From positions 15,810,001 to 15,874,000 of the forward strand of contig NC_090356.1 in NCBI RefSeq assembly GCF_035084215.1: a stretch of DNA of 64,000 bases, given 5' to 3'. Positions 1 through 10,671 of this stretch are shown one piece after another. Position 1 is the stretch's first letter; each line of letters opens with the position of its first letter. The notes below the pieces were generated by a model. The model made no database searches, was not told the origin of the DNA, and was given only the letters and a program-made list of their open reading frames with translations. The translations under genes were made by a program, and so were the position numbers. The DNA is from Heptranchias perlo. Its lineage: Eukaryota.

Positions 1-395
1 CAAGCCCCACTCTAGAGATTTGAACACATAATCGAGGCTGACATTTCAGTGCTGTACTGAGGGAGTGCTGCACTGTCAGTGGTGCCGTCTTTTGGATGAT
101 ACGTTAAACTGAAACCCCGTTTGTCCTCCCAGGCGGACATAAAAGATCCACTGGCATTATTTGAAGAAGAGCAGGGCAGTTCTCTTGGTGCCCTGGCCAA
201 CATTTATCCCTCGACCAACATCATAAAAAAGAGTATCTGATTAATTATCTCATTGACGTTTGTGGGACCTTACTGTGTGCAAATTGGCTGCCACGTTTCC
301 CTACATTACAATAGTGACTGCACTTCAAAATACTTTATTAGCTGTGAAGGACTTTCGGACATCCTGAGGTCATGAAAGGCACTATTCAAACAAGT
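1..395 (+). mobile_element. tRNA-derived SINE with Deu domain (SacSINE1/AmnSINE1-like), cut by window edge
   Basis: Body 'cagtgctgtactgagggagtgctgcactgtc...aaattggctgccacgtttcc' recurs in at least 6 other places in the window; L2-like tail 'catcctgaggtcatgaaaggcacta'. Family name from recall. Confidence 0.75.
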
Positions 396-1051
396 TATTT
401 GTTTGTTTGTTTGTTTCTTCCCTTTGAGAGGATAAATAGTGAAAGATTGTTTTCACCGGTTGGTAAATCAGTGCTAGAACTCAAAAACTGATGTAAATAA
501 ACGTAAATCAGTGTAAACAATTGAGGCCCAAGGAAACCATAGAACTTACTTCTTTAAGTCCCCCTTTATCAATTAAAATTAACGTTTGAAGCCATCAAAC
601 CATTATTTGTGCACATCAGGCACGTTCAAGAAAATGTAATCGTAGAAGCTTTTAATTTTTAATATAAATTTAATTTCTGATGTCATAAAAAAGCATTTAA
701 AGATATAGAAAATACATTGCAGGACTCCGTAAGAAACAATTTTAAAAAATCACTGTAAAACTCCACAATTAGTGGCTGTGCTCCCTGCTGCACCTAAATG
801 TTTTGGCTTAAATCTATGCCTGCAGAAAACTAGTGTAAATACAGGAAATTCATGTGACCTGCTCTTTTGCACAGGGCCAAAGTCATGTTAATGAGCGGCA
901 GATGGTTTCAGCGGAGGTTATAATCTTTTCCGCTGAGATTCGGCATTACACCATACTTACACCATGTTTTGGCATAAGTATTCCAGGAAAGTCCTGGCCA
1001 TGATGCTGTTACCCATAGCGACCCCTTACTTTGACCTCCCAGATAATTTAC

Positions 1052-1134
1052 CTTAATAAATAATGCCGTACAGTTTTGGTGCTTGCAGGTCTTTACATGG
1101 CTGCAATAAGGCGGATACAATGGTTTAGTGTGCA
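1052..1134 (-). CDS. Candidate host exon (HTKPLYPPYCSHVKTCKHQNCTALFIK)
   Basis: Acceptor ttttgctcccAG, donor AAG|GTAAAT, one open frame, non-repeat sequence; protein not recognised. Confidence 0.35.
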
Positions 1135-1635
1135 CTGGGAGCAAAACGGTTTTAAAGAGCAAAGAAAATGATTGTGATATTTGCGAATGAGATAGAAAAA
1201 AATCCCTTTTTCCAAGGTTAGGCTTTAGAAAAGGATGTGCGTAAGGATGTGCACAATTAGCTCCCACTTCACACATGTGGGATGGGATAGTTTCACACTT
1301 GCATACGACCATTTTTAAATGTCTAGTCCAGATTTGTGGTAAATACTGGTCACTCTATAACAGTGGAGTCCGAATTACTTTGTGACTGTAAAAAATATTT
1401 TTTTAATATAGTAATTTAAATTTGAATATTATTATTCATAGAATAATAGTATGTGTATCAGCAATTACATCACCAGGAAAGATTGGTCCTTTAAAGTAGC
1501 ATCATCTTCATGAAAAATGTTTGACAATTTTTATATCTTTGTGAACAGAAGATTCAATTAAGTCAATGATTTCAAAACACATCGCATCACTTGCATGTGT
1601 GGTCACAATGACAAACATGACAATTGTCATCTTAC

Positions 1636-1718
1636 TTTTCTCCTTCACCAACATGAAGCCAATGTTCCCATAACAGATATCCATAAAGATATCTGAATGT
1701 TCAAATGGAATCATAAAG
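1636..1718 (-). CDS. Candidate host exon (FMIPFEHSDIFMDICYGNIGFMLVKEK)
   Basis: Acceptor ttccccctgttgccAG, donor AAA|GTAAGA; phase 2 in / phase 1 out is compatible with the neighbouring candidates. Confidence 0.25.
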
Positions 1719-1744
1719 CTGGCAACAGGGGGAACTGTGTGAAA

Positions 1745-1841
1745 AGAAAGAACTTGCATTTATATAGTGCCTTTCATGACCTCAGAATGTCCCAAAGCTC
1801 TTTACAGCCAATGAAGTACTTATGAAGTGTAGTTACTGTTG
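1745..1841 (-). mobile_element. Deu-SINE 3' fragment
   Basis: Matches the 3' end of the copies at 10672 and 23690. Confidence 0.7.
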
Positions 1842-2849
1842 AAGGGTGTAATAGGTTAACCTCTGCAATCCAGAATGAATAGATGATTATTTTCTCCCTC
1901 TGCTAACTTGTAAGCCTTCTAAATGAAATGAGTTTGGGCAGCCTCCACCAAGTTCCTATTAAGCATGTCTCTATAGAGCAGCACTATCCTTAATTTGGCA
2001 CTAATTGCCACTAAAATTGTCAGCCTGACTCAGAGAGGCTACAAAGATGGCTGTTGTGGGAAATGGAAATGTCACATTGGTGCAGTGGAGAATGTATACG
2101 AGCTGAACTCTACAACTAACTCATGCTATATCTGACCTGGGAGAATTTCATATCAGAAATGCAAAAAAAAAAATCCATTGTCTTATCTTAAAGAGCAGAA
2201 AATTCATCCAAGTTGAAAAATAATAAGTTTGATGAATTAACAAGCCATATTGGCAGTGATGAAGCTTGTATATGAAATTAACAATGTAACCATTTTAATT
2301 GTATTTTATAAATCAGCCAAAACCTCATTAGCTAATATCACAAATTGCTTTAAATAACAAATCTTAAAGGTTTTTTTTCCCTGCAAATTTTTTCCCCTTC
2401 CTTCCTCTCACTGATTTCTTGCTGGGGTGAGGTTCTGCAGGTAACTTTGCAGTTGATGTAAGGTGTGGGTAGGTGCGGTCAAAGAAGCCCAATACTTTGG
2501 GGAAGTCAGCCATTGGATAATTTTATTGCTGTCTCAACAAATCATTCTCTATATTTCTGTGGAAGTGGATGATCCTGCAACCACTCCAGAACAGTGCATC
2601 AGTAATAGCTTGAATGTGGGGGACCTGTTTCTTGGATAGAGTACTCTTGCTGGCTTTCAAGATATTGCCTACAGGTGATTGGAATGAGCCAGTGGCTGAA
2701 TAAGAATGAGAGCAGCTGTGACCTTCACAGCCATAGGCAAAGAAGCTCCTGATCATGGAGGATACACTTGAGTCCTCTGCTATCATTTAACACAGTTCAG
2801 TAACTGGGTTCCTGAAGAGCCTCAACCTTCTTGAACACTGCTTCACCAT

Positions 2850-3600
2850 TTTCTAAATGGTGAGAAGCTAGGAACTATGGAGGAGCTGAGAGATTTAGGG
2901 GTCCATGTACAGAAATCACTAAAAACTAGTGGAGAGGTACAAAAAATAATTTGAAAAGCTAATGGAATGTTAGCCTTTGTCTCAAGGGGGCTGGAATACA
3001 AAAGGGTGGAAGTTCTGCTACAGTTGTAGACCCTATCTGGAGTACTACATTCAGTTCTGAGCACTGCACCTCAGGAAGGATATATTGGCCTTGGAGGAGG
3101 TGCAGCACAGATTCACCAGAATGATACCAGGGCTTAGAGGGTTAAATTGTGAGGACAGGTTGTATAGACTAGGTTTGTATTCCCTCAAATATAGAAGATT
3201 AAGGGTTGATTTAATTGAGCTGTTTAAGATGATTAAAGGTTATGATAGGGTAGATAGAGTGAAACTATTTCCTCTGGTGGGGGAAGTCCAGAGCAAGGGG
3301 GCATAACCATAAAATTAGAGCTAGGCGGTTCAGGGGTGACATCAGGAAGCATTTTTCATGCAAAGGGTAATGGAAATCTGGAACTCTCTGCCTCCAAAAA
3401 GCTGCTCAGGCTGGGGGTCCATTGAACATTTCAAAAGTGAGATTGATAGATTTTTGTTGGGTAATGGTATTAAGGGATATGGAACCAAGGCGGGTAAATA
3501 GAGGTAAAATACAGATCAGCCATGATCTGATTGAATGACAGAGCAGGCTTGAGTGGCTGAATGGCCTATTCCTGTTGCTATGTTTTTATGATCTTATGTT
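2850..3600 (+). mobile_element. CR1 LINE (HER1-like) 3' fragment
   Basis: Degenerate RT C-terminus 'LEEVQHRFTRMIPGLRGLNCEDRLYRLGLYSLKYRRLR' followed by a CR1 3' UTR and short-repeat tail. Confidence 0.85.
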
Positions 3601-4814
3601 CTCCATAAGTCCAAGGTAAGACATTCAGGGCCTGTAGATCCTCTCGCTGAGAGTCCTGTACCTTTCGTGCCATCCCTCTCATCTGACAGGATGTTGGCCA
3701 CCATGGCAGAAGAAAAATCACATTGCTAAACTCTTGATGGTTTTTCCCATTAACCAGCTCTGCATTCAACTCTGGGCACTTACATTCTCCATCAAGTGAA
3801 TTCAGAGCAAGTTTCTCCTAAGTTTGCCTTGGATTTGACGGCCTTGTTCACTGAAAACTCAGCTCACGGGGATTATTTTGATTCTGACATCATGACAAAT
3901 GTGCCAAACACTTCAAGTTACTTTTATGTTTAAAATCAGTTGTTACTTTTTCCCCAGGCAGGAAAGAGAAATTAAGAACTCTTTTTCGGTAATTCAATTT
4001 TTTTTTTCTTCCTGGCCCTGCTAAAATTCACCTTTAGGACATGGACTACAGCAGACTGTTTACGCTGTAATCTGAGATTTAAAGTTTGGGTCTGAAACCA
4101 GAGTGGGGTTAGAAAGTCAGGTCTGGAGATTGATTGGCAGGACCAGCCAGGCTGATGGTACATCATCTTTAAACTTACAGCAACTCAAGGGATGGTGTGC
4201 AAATGCAATCTTAGACGCAACACATCTGCAGGGTCCTTAACTTTGTAGAAACTACAACTTGACCCACTCCAGTTGAATCCACCTTCAATTAATGAGTTTA
4301 GCTAATGTTTTGTTGACAGCTTCGCCAACTGACTTGACATTGAAAACTGTCAACCTCCATCCCCAATGGAGGTCTGTATTGACCATGCATCACTGCTAGT
4401 TCCAGGTGTCCTTATATTGTCAACAACATTTCTGAGACCTGGAAACTTGCCCCAGTGAAGAAGGCTTGGCTTTTAGACCAGGGGGGGGGGTCACTCTTTA
4501 TTTGTGTTCAAAGCCGTCACTTGTATTCTGTCATTTTTTCCTCTGCCCATGGTCCTGATACATGTGATAACGAATATAGTGCTTACTGTGTTTTTGCATA
4601 GCATTTGTCAAATATTGATCCACTATTGACGTCACTTCTAAACATATTTAGTGTGCTCCAATTTCTACCTCTCTACACTTCAGCACAAAACTGATATTTT
4701 AATGAACTTTTAACATTTTAAACTAAAGGAACTCATTGTTTTTGAAGGATGAATTAATATTCTTCCTGTTCCTGATGCTAGTCCTATTGCCTCAAAAGTA
4801 TTAGAGCATTCAGT

Positions 4815-5090
4815 GGAATTGGCCTCAGTATCCCGATACGAGAGAGGGAACTAATCAGCCACTTTTAATTGATATTCAGTGATTCCTGCTGGAAAGTCAG
4901 TTTGTGTGGATCTTGGCTGAGAACAGGATCAGTCTAGGCTGTGGTGCTCCCACAGTTGAATAGTCGACAGATACACTCTGTCACCTATGAAAAATGGCTC
5001 CTTGAGCAAGGTACCAGTGCTTGGCTGGCATCCATGGATAAACCCCCAGCGTGAGCTAGCGCATTCATCAGCAGAGAGTGGAGACTCTGG
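4815..5090 (+). mobile_element. Old SINE body, LF-SINE-like
   Basis: Similar to 34007-34205 and 37070-37640 in this window; family assignment from recall only. Confidence 0.45.
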
Positions 5091-5179
5091 AAAATTAAGC
5101 AAGTTCTGTACAATACATGGCAAGTCCTTGGATTTAACCTATCTGAACTGTCTCTGTACCAAATAAATACTTTGTCAAC

Positions 5180-5327
5180 AATTGGATAAATGCTTGAAGG
5201 AAAAATTTGCAGGGCTATGGGGAAAGGATAGGGGAGTGGGACTAATTGTGCCTGTGCTGATTATTTCAAAGAGCTGGCACAGGCACAATGGGCCGAATGG
5301 CCTCCTTTTGTGCTGTATGATTCTATA
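5180..5327 (+). mobile_element. CR1 3' UTR fragment
   Basis: 'gggccgaatggcctccttttgtgctgtatgattcta' tail shared with the other CR1 copies. Confidence 0.8.
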
Positions 5328-6023
5328 ACTAAAATTAGCGAATCACCAGAATAACAATGGTTAACTGGTGTCTTACCAAATATGTGTTCTGACATTGAGT
5401 AGATGAAGCAGTAACAAGAATAGACCTTGAATGCAATTCTGCAGATGGATGCTGGTGTCTTTTTTTTAAAGATGCAGCCCCCGTGTCTTTATGAATCTGA
5501 ATGAATAACATGTTGGTGGGAATTATGAATGGAAATGGAGAGAGCAACAATTTCATTGCATCAATAAAAGATGTTCTTCCCATTCAGCCGAAGCACTCAA
5601 GATGACAGATGGTGGAATAAAAGCCACTTGCTTTATAGTGAACTGTCTCTTCAGGTGAGAGTCTACTCAGGTACAAAGCAACAATGGTCTATCTTATTAA
5701 GAGAGGATAGATAGCTGTACAAAGTAGCTGTTCTTCCATATAATGATTCAATCCATAACATTTACAGCTCTTCTCAGCTCCTTTTTTAAATAAAATTTGA
5801 CGTACACACTGAATACGGCAGCTCACTGTGTTTGGTACATAATTGGTTGCTCGCAGTTAATTATCACATAAGCAGCCTTTGTTAAAAGGACTGCTACTAG
5901 CAATTAGGCAAACGTGATACGGATGCATCATGTTACAAGGGTATACTCTGCACACTGGAAACTATGACAGCACTCCTTGCGTGAAGAATGCAGTGTTCTG
6001 TAGATGGCATCATGGGTGCAGTT

Positions 6024-6064
6024 ATGCAAATCTATCCCCAGTATCTTGGTGTTACCATGGCAAC
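6024..6064. promoter_or_regulatory. Octamer (ATGCAAAT, 6024-6031) plus palindromic RFX X-box (GTTACCATGGCAAC, 6051-6064)
   Basis: Consensus-matching motifs 20 bp apart in non-repeat sequence; function not shown. Confidence 0.4.
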
Positions 6065-6888
6065 AGTTTATAACAAGTTAATAAAGCTGCGAACGGTTAC
6101 ATCAAAGCTCATCGCCCCACATGGAGCAGCAACTGATTATTACTTTATGGAATTAATCTAACATAAGAACCCCTACTCTTGCTGAAGAGAAGCTACTTAT
6201 TACCTATTGTTTCAAATGTGCACTGCATGCGAAATTTGTTACAATATGGAGAAAAGTGTACAGGAAAATAAAACATAAAATGCACCATTCATCTGCTGTG
6301 CCATATGTGGTTTAACAGTGTAGAATCATAGAACGATCCAGCACCGAAGAAGGCCATTCGGCCCATCATGCCTGTGCTGGCTCTCTGAAAGATCTATCCA
6401 ATTAGACCCACTCTTTCCACAAATTTTTCCTTTTTAAGTAAGGATCCAATGTAATTAACCATTTTAGGGCTGCTGAAATTCCGCATCAAAAACTCAATTT
6501 TCTTCACAAAACAAAGTACCTAACAGACACTGGTAATAAGTGTATGTACATTTTTAAAACCGTGCTGCATTATATTTATGCTAGAACACTTTTTTAATAT
6601 TCAAATCCCAGATGTTATTTGATGCAAATTTAAATGGGCAGAATGTAGCAGAGCAAATTTAATACAGAAAAGTACAATATTGCATTAAGAGGAAAAAATG
6701 GGCATCATAAGTACTCCACAAATGGCGTTGAAATAGCTACAAATGAAGTTGAAGGAGATCGAAGGATATGGATAGATTTGATGCTTAAAATGTCCAACCA
6801 CTGTGGAGCAGCAATCATCAAAGCAAGTAGAATGTTGAACTATTTGGAGAAACAGCACAGTACGATTGATAACGTTATGCTTAAATTG

Positions 6889-7127
6889 TGCCTCAGTTGC
6901 CTAGGCCCTAAGTTCTGGAATTCCCTCCCACACCTCTCCACCTCTCTCTCCTCCTTGAAGACACTCCTTACAACCTACCTCTTTGACCAAGCTTTTGGTC
7001 ACCTGCCCTAATATCTCCTTATGTGGCTCGGTGTCAAATTTTGTTTGATAATCGCTTCTGTGAAGCACCTTGGGATGTTTTACTACATTAAAGGCGCTAT
7101 ATAAATGCAAGTTGTCGTTGTTGTTGT
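6889..7127 (+). mobile_element. L2 LINE 3' end
   Basis: 'SCLGPKFWNSLP...LKTLLTTYLFDQAF' and tail 'ggcgctatataaatgcaagttgtcgttgttg'. Confidence 0.8.
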
Positions 7128-7232
7128 TTTACAGTGCTCTGGTCTGGTCAGACCACACCAGTTTTTTTTAATTCTTTTATTCGTTCACGGGATGTGGGCG
7201 TCGCTGGCAAGGCCGGCATTTATTGCCCATCC

Positions 7233-10133
7233 CTAATTGCCCTCGAGAAGGTGGTGGTGAGCCGCCTTCTTGAACCGCTGCAGTCCGTGTGGTGACGGTT
7301 CTCCCACAGTGCTGTTAGGAAGGGAGTTCCAGGATTTTGACCCAGCGACAATGAAGGAACGGCGATATATTTCCAAGTCGGGATGGTGTGTGACTTGGAG
7401 GGGAATGTGCAGGTGGTGTTGTTCCCATGCGCCTGCTGCTCTTGTCCTTCTAGGTGGTAGAGGTCGCGGGTTTGGGAGAAGAAGCCTTGGCGAGTTGCTG
7501 CAGTGCATCCTGTGGATGGTGCACACTGCAGCCACAGTGCGCCGGAGGTGAAGGGAGTGAATGTTTAGGGTGGTGGAAGGGGTGCCAATCAAGCGGGCTG
7601 CTTTATCTTGGATGGTGTCAAGCTTCTTGAGTGTTGTTGGAGCTGCACTCATCCAGGCAAGTGGAGAGTATTCCATCACACTCCTGACTTGTGCCTTGTA
7701 GATGGTGGAAAGGCTTTGGGGAGTCAGGAGGTGAGTCACTCGCCGCAGAATACCCAGCCTCTGACCTGCTCTCGTAGCCACAGTATTTATATGGCTGGTC
7801 CAGTTAAGTTTCTGGTCAATGGTGACCCCCAGGATGTTGATGGTGGGGGATTCGGCGATGGTAATGCCGTTGAATGTCAAGGGGAGGTGGTTAGACTCTC
7901 TCTTGTTGGAGATGGTCATTGCCTGGCACTGATCTGGCGCGAATGTTACTTGCCACTTATGAGCCCAAGCCTGGATGTTGTCCAGGTCTTGCTGCATGCA
8001 GGCTCGGACTGCTTCATTATCTGAGGGGTTGCGAATGGAACTGAACACTGTGCAGTCATCAGCGAACATCCCCATTTCTGACCTTATGATGGAGGGAAGG
8101 TCATTGATGAAGCAGCTGAAGATGGTTGGGCCAAGGACACTGCCCTGAGGAACTCCTGCAGCAATGCCCTGGGGCTGAGATGATTGGCCTCCAACAACCA
8201 CTACCATCTTCCTTTGTGCTAGGTATGAGTCCAGCCACTGGAGAGTTTTCCCCCTGATTCCCATTGACTTCAATTTTACTAGGGCTCCTTGGTGCCACAC
8301 TCGGTCAAATGCTACCTTGATGTCAAGGGCAGTCACTCTCACCTCACCTCTGGAATTCAGCTCTTTTGTCCATGTTTGGACCAAGGCTGTAATGAGGCGT
8401 GGAGCCGAGTGGTCCTGGCGGAACCCAAACTGAGCATCGGTGAGCAGGTTATTGGTGAGTAAGTGCCGCTTGATAGCACTGTCGACGACACCTTCCATCA
8501 CTTTGCTGATGATTGAGAGTAGACTGATGGGGCGGTAATTGGCCGGATTGGATTTGTCCTGCTTTTTGTGGACAGGACATACCTGGGCAATTTTCCACAT
8601 TGTCGGGTGGATGCCAGTGTTGTAGCTGTACTGGAACAGCTTGGCTAGAGGCGCAGCTAGTTCTGGAGCACAAGACTTCAGCACTACAGCTGGGATGTTG
8701 TCGGGGCCCATAGCCTTTGCTGTATCCAGTGCACTCAGCCGTTTCTTGATATCACGTGGAGTGAATCGAATTGGCCGAAGACTGGCTTCTGTGATGGTGG
8801 GGATATCGGGAGGAGGCTGAGATGGATCATCCACTCGGCACTTCTGGCTGAAGATGGTTGCAAACGCTTCAGCCTTGTCTTTTGCACTCATGTGCTGGAC
8901 TCCGCCATCATTGAGAATGGGGATGTTTGCAGAGCCTCCTCCTCCCGTTAGTTGTTTAATTGTCCACCACCATTCACGACTGGATGTGGCAGGACTGCAG
9001 AGCTTTGATCTGATCCGTTGGTTGTGGAATCGCTTAGCTCTGTCTATAGCATGTTGCTTCCGCTGTTTAGCATGCATGTAGTCCTGAGTTGTAGCTTCAC
9101 CGGGTTGGCACCTCATTTTTAGGTACGCCTGGTGCTGCTCCTGGCATGCTCTTCTACACTCCTCATTGAACCAGGGTTGATCCCCTGGCTTGTTGGTAAT
9201 GGTAGAGTGAGGAATATGCCGGGCCATGAGGTTACAGATTGTGCTGGAATACAATTCTGCTGCTGCTGGCCCACAGCGCCTCATGGATGCCCAGTTTTGA
9301 GCTGCTAGATCTGTTCTGAATCTATCCCATTTAGCACGGTGGTAGTGCCACACAACACGTTGGATGGTGTCCTCAGTGCGAAGACGGGATTTCATCTCCA
9401 CGAGGACTGTGCGGTGGTCACTCCTACCAATACTGTCATGGACAGATGCAATTGCGACAGGTAGATTGGTGAGGACGAGGTCAAGTAAGTTTTTCCCTCG
9501 TGTTGGTTCGCTCACCACCTGCCGCAGGCCCAGTCTAGCAGCTATGTCCTTCAGGACTCGGCCAGCTCTGGTGCTACCGAGCCACTCTTGGTGATGGACA
9601 TTGAAGTCCCCCACCCAGAGTACATTTTGTGCCCTTGCTACCCTCAGTGCTTCCTCCAAGTGGTGCTCAACATGGAGGAGGACTGATTCATCAGCTGAGG
9701 GAGGACGGTAGGTGGTAATCAGCAGGAGGTTGCCTTGCCCATGTTTGACCTGATGCCATGAGATTTCATGGGGTCCAGAGTCAATGTTGAGGACTCCTAG
9801 GGCCACTCCCTCCTGACTGTATATCACTGTACCGTCACCTCTGGTGGGTCTGTCCTGCCGGTGGGACAGGACATACCCAGGGATGGTGATGGAAGAGTCT
9901 GGGACGTTGGCTGACAGATATGATTCTGTGAGTATGGCTATGTCAGGCTGTTGCTTGACTAGTCTGTGGGACAGCTCTCCCAATTTTGGCACAAGTCCCC
10001 AGATGTTAGTAAGGAGGACCTTGCAGGGTCGACTGGGCTTGGTGTTTTGCCGTTGTCGTGTCCGGTGCCTAGTGGTCCGATGCCGGGTGGTCTGTCCGGT
10101 TTTATTCTTATTATGACTTTTCGTAGCGAGATT
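7233..10133 (-). CDS. APE endonuclease + reverse transcriptase; frame open from the TAA at 10136-10134, no ATG before the APE domain
   Basis: APE motifs VLLTNIWGL, LTESYL, YRPP, GDFNVHH, LDLVLT, SDH; RT motifs NYRPISLL, QFGFR, DIKVAFDRV, GVPQGSVLGP, FADD. The ORF-track start at 9992 is a GTG; 47 further sense codons lie upstream. Confidence 0.92.
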   Translation of the reverse strand, partial: NLATKSHNKNKTGQTTRHRTTRHRTRQRQNTKPSRPCKVLLTNIWGLVPKLGELSHRLVKQQPDIAILTESYLSANVPDSSITIPGYVLSHRQDRPTRGDGTVIYSQEGVALGVLNIDSGPHEISWHQVKHGQGNLLLITTYRPPSADESVLLHVEHHLEEALRVARAQNVLWVGDFNVHHQEWLGSTRAGRVLKDIAARLGLRQVVSEPTRGKNLLDLVLTNLPVAIASVHDSIGRSDHRTVLVEMKSRLRTEDTIQRVVWHYHRAKWDRFRTDLAAQNWASMRRCGPAAAELYSSTICNLMARHIPHSTITNKPGDQPWFNEECRRACQEQHQAYLKMRCQPGEATTQDYMHAKQRKQHAIDRAKRFHNQRIRSKLCSPATSSREWWWTIKQLTGGGGSANIPILNDGGVQHMSAKDKAEAFATIFSQKCRVDDPSQPPPDIPTITEASLRPIRFTPRDIKKRLSALDTAKAMGPDNIPAVVLKSCAPELAAPLAKLFQYSYNTGIHPTMWKIAQVCPVHKKQDKSNPANYRPISLLSIISKVMEGVVDSAIKRHLLTNNLLTDAQFGFRQDHSAPRLITALVQTWTKELNSRGEVRVTALDIKVAFDRVWHQGALVKLKSMGIRGKTLQWLDSYLAQRKMVVVVGGQSSQPQGIAAGVPQGSVLGPTIFSCFINDLPSIIRSEMGMFADDCTVFSSIRNPSDNEAVRACMQQDLDNIQAWAHKWQVTFAPDQCQAMTISNKRESNHLPLTFNGITIAESPTINILGVTIDQKLNWTSHINTVATRAGQRLGILRRVTHLLTPQSLSTIYKAQVRSVMEYSPLAWMSAAPTTLKKLDTIQDKAARLIGTPSTTLNIHSLHLRRTVAAVCTIHRMHCSNSPRLLLPNPRPLPPRRTRAAGAWEQHHLHIPLQVTHHPDLEIYRRSFIVAGSKSWNSLPNSTVGEPSPHGLQRFKKAAHHHLLEGN

Positions 10134-10344
10134 TTACAACTGATTGGCTTGCTCGGCCATTTCAGAGGGCAATTAAGAATCAACCACATTGCTGTGGGTC
10201 TGGAGTCACATATCGGCCAGACCGGGTTTTTACGACAATCCGGTAGTTTCATGGCCATCATTACTGATACTAGTATTTTAATTCCAGATTTTTATTTATT
10301 TAATTAATTGAATTTTTTAATTAATTAATTGAATTTAAATTCGC

Positions 10345-10440
10345 CAGCTGCCGTGGCGGGATTTGAACTCATGACTTTGGATTTTTAGTCCAGGCCTCTG
10401 GATTACTAGCCCAGTAACATAACCTCTATGCTACCGTACC
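10345..10440 (-). promoter_or_regulatory. tRNA-Thr(AGT)-like internal Pol III promoter: A box 10433-10423, B box 10370-10359
   Basis: Sense reads GGTACGG TAGCATAGAGG (A box) ... CTGGG CTAGTAA TCCAG (anticodon arm, AGT) ... GAGTTCAAATCC (B box). Confidence 0.85.
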
Positions 10441-10671
10441 AAGACACAAAGGAGACATTCAAACCCTGATGACAGTGCAGAGAAGAGGCAGGAAAACTGA
10501 TCCCTAGCATCAGAGGGCTGAGACATGAGGAGTGACTGGAAAAAGGCTTTTCAGCCTTTAAAAGAAGTGACTGATATATATCAGAGAGGTGTATAAGATA
10601 GTAAATGGTGTATCCGTACTTATGATCTTGTGAACTAGGTATTTCACTGTTATGGAAGGAAATCCTTAAAA

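Larger units (their letters stand above)
7162..10440 (-). mobile_element. Apparently full-length single-ORF non-LTR retrotransposon (CR1/Jockey group) with a tRNA-derived 5' head
   Basis: tRNA-like head at 10345-10440, ~300-nt leader, APE+RT ORF, short 3' UTR with AATAAA (7219-7224) and A-rich tail (7162-7180). Inserted in an old degenerate CR1. Confidence 0.92.

Noticed and set aside
7270-10307. Plus-strand ORFs overlapping the LINE
   Set aside because: Antisense shadows of the RT ORF with no recognisable motifs.
10345-10440. Functional tRNA-Thr gene
   Set aside because: Extra arm, poor acceptor stem, no downstream T-run, and it is continuous with a retroelement.
7150-10450. Target-site duplication for the tRNA-headed LINE
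   Set aside because: Only 'acca' matches and it overlaps the element end; the host CR1 appears to have lost some bases, so no TSD is claimed.
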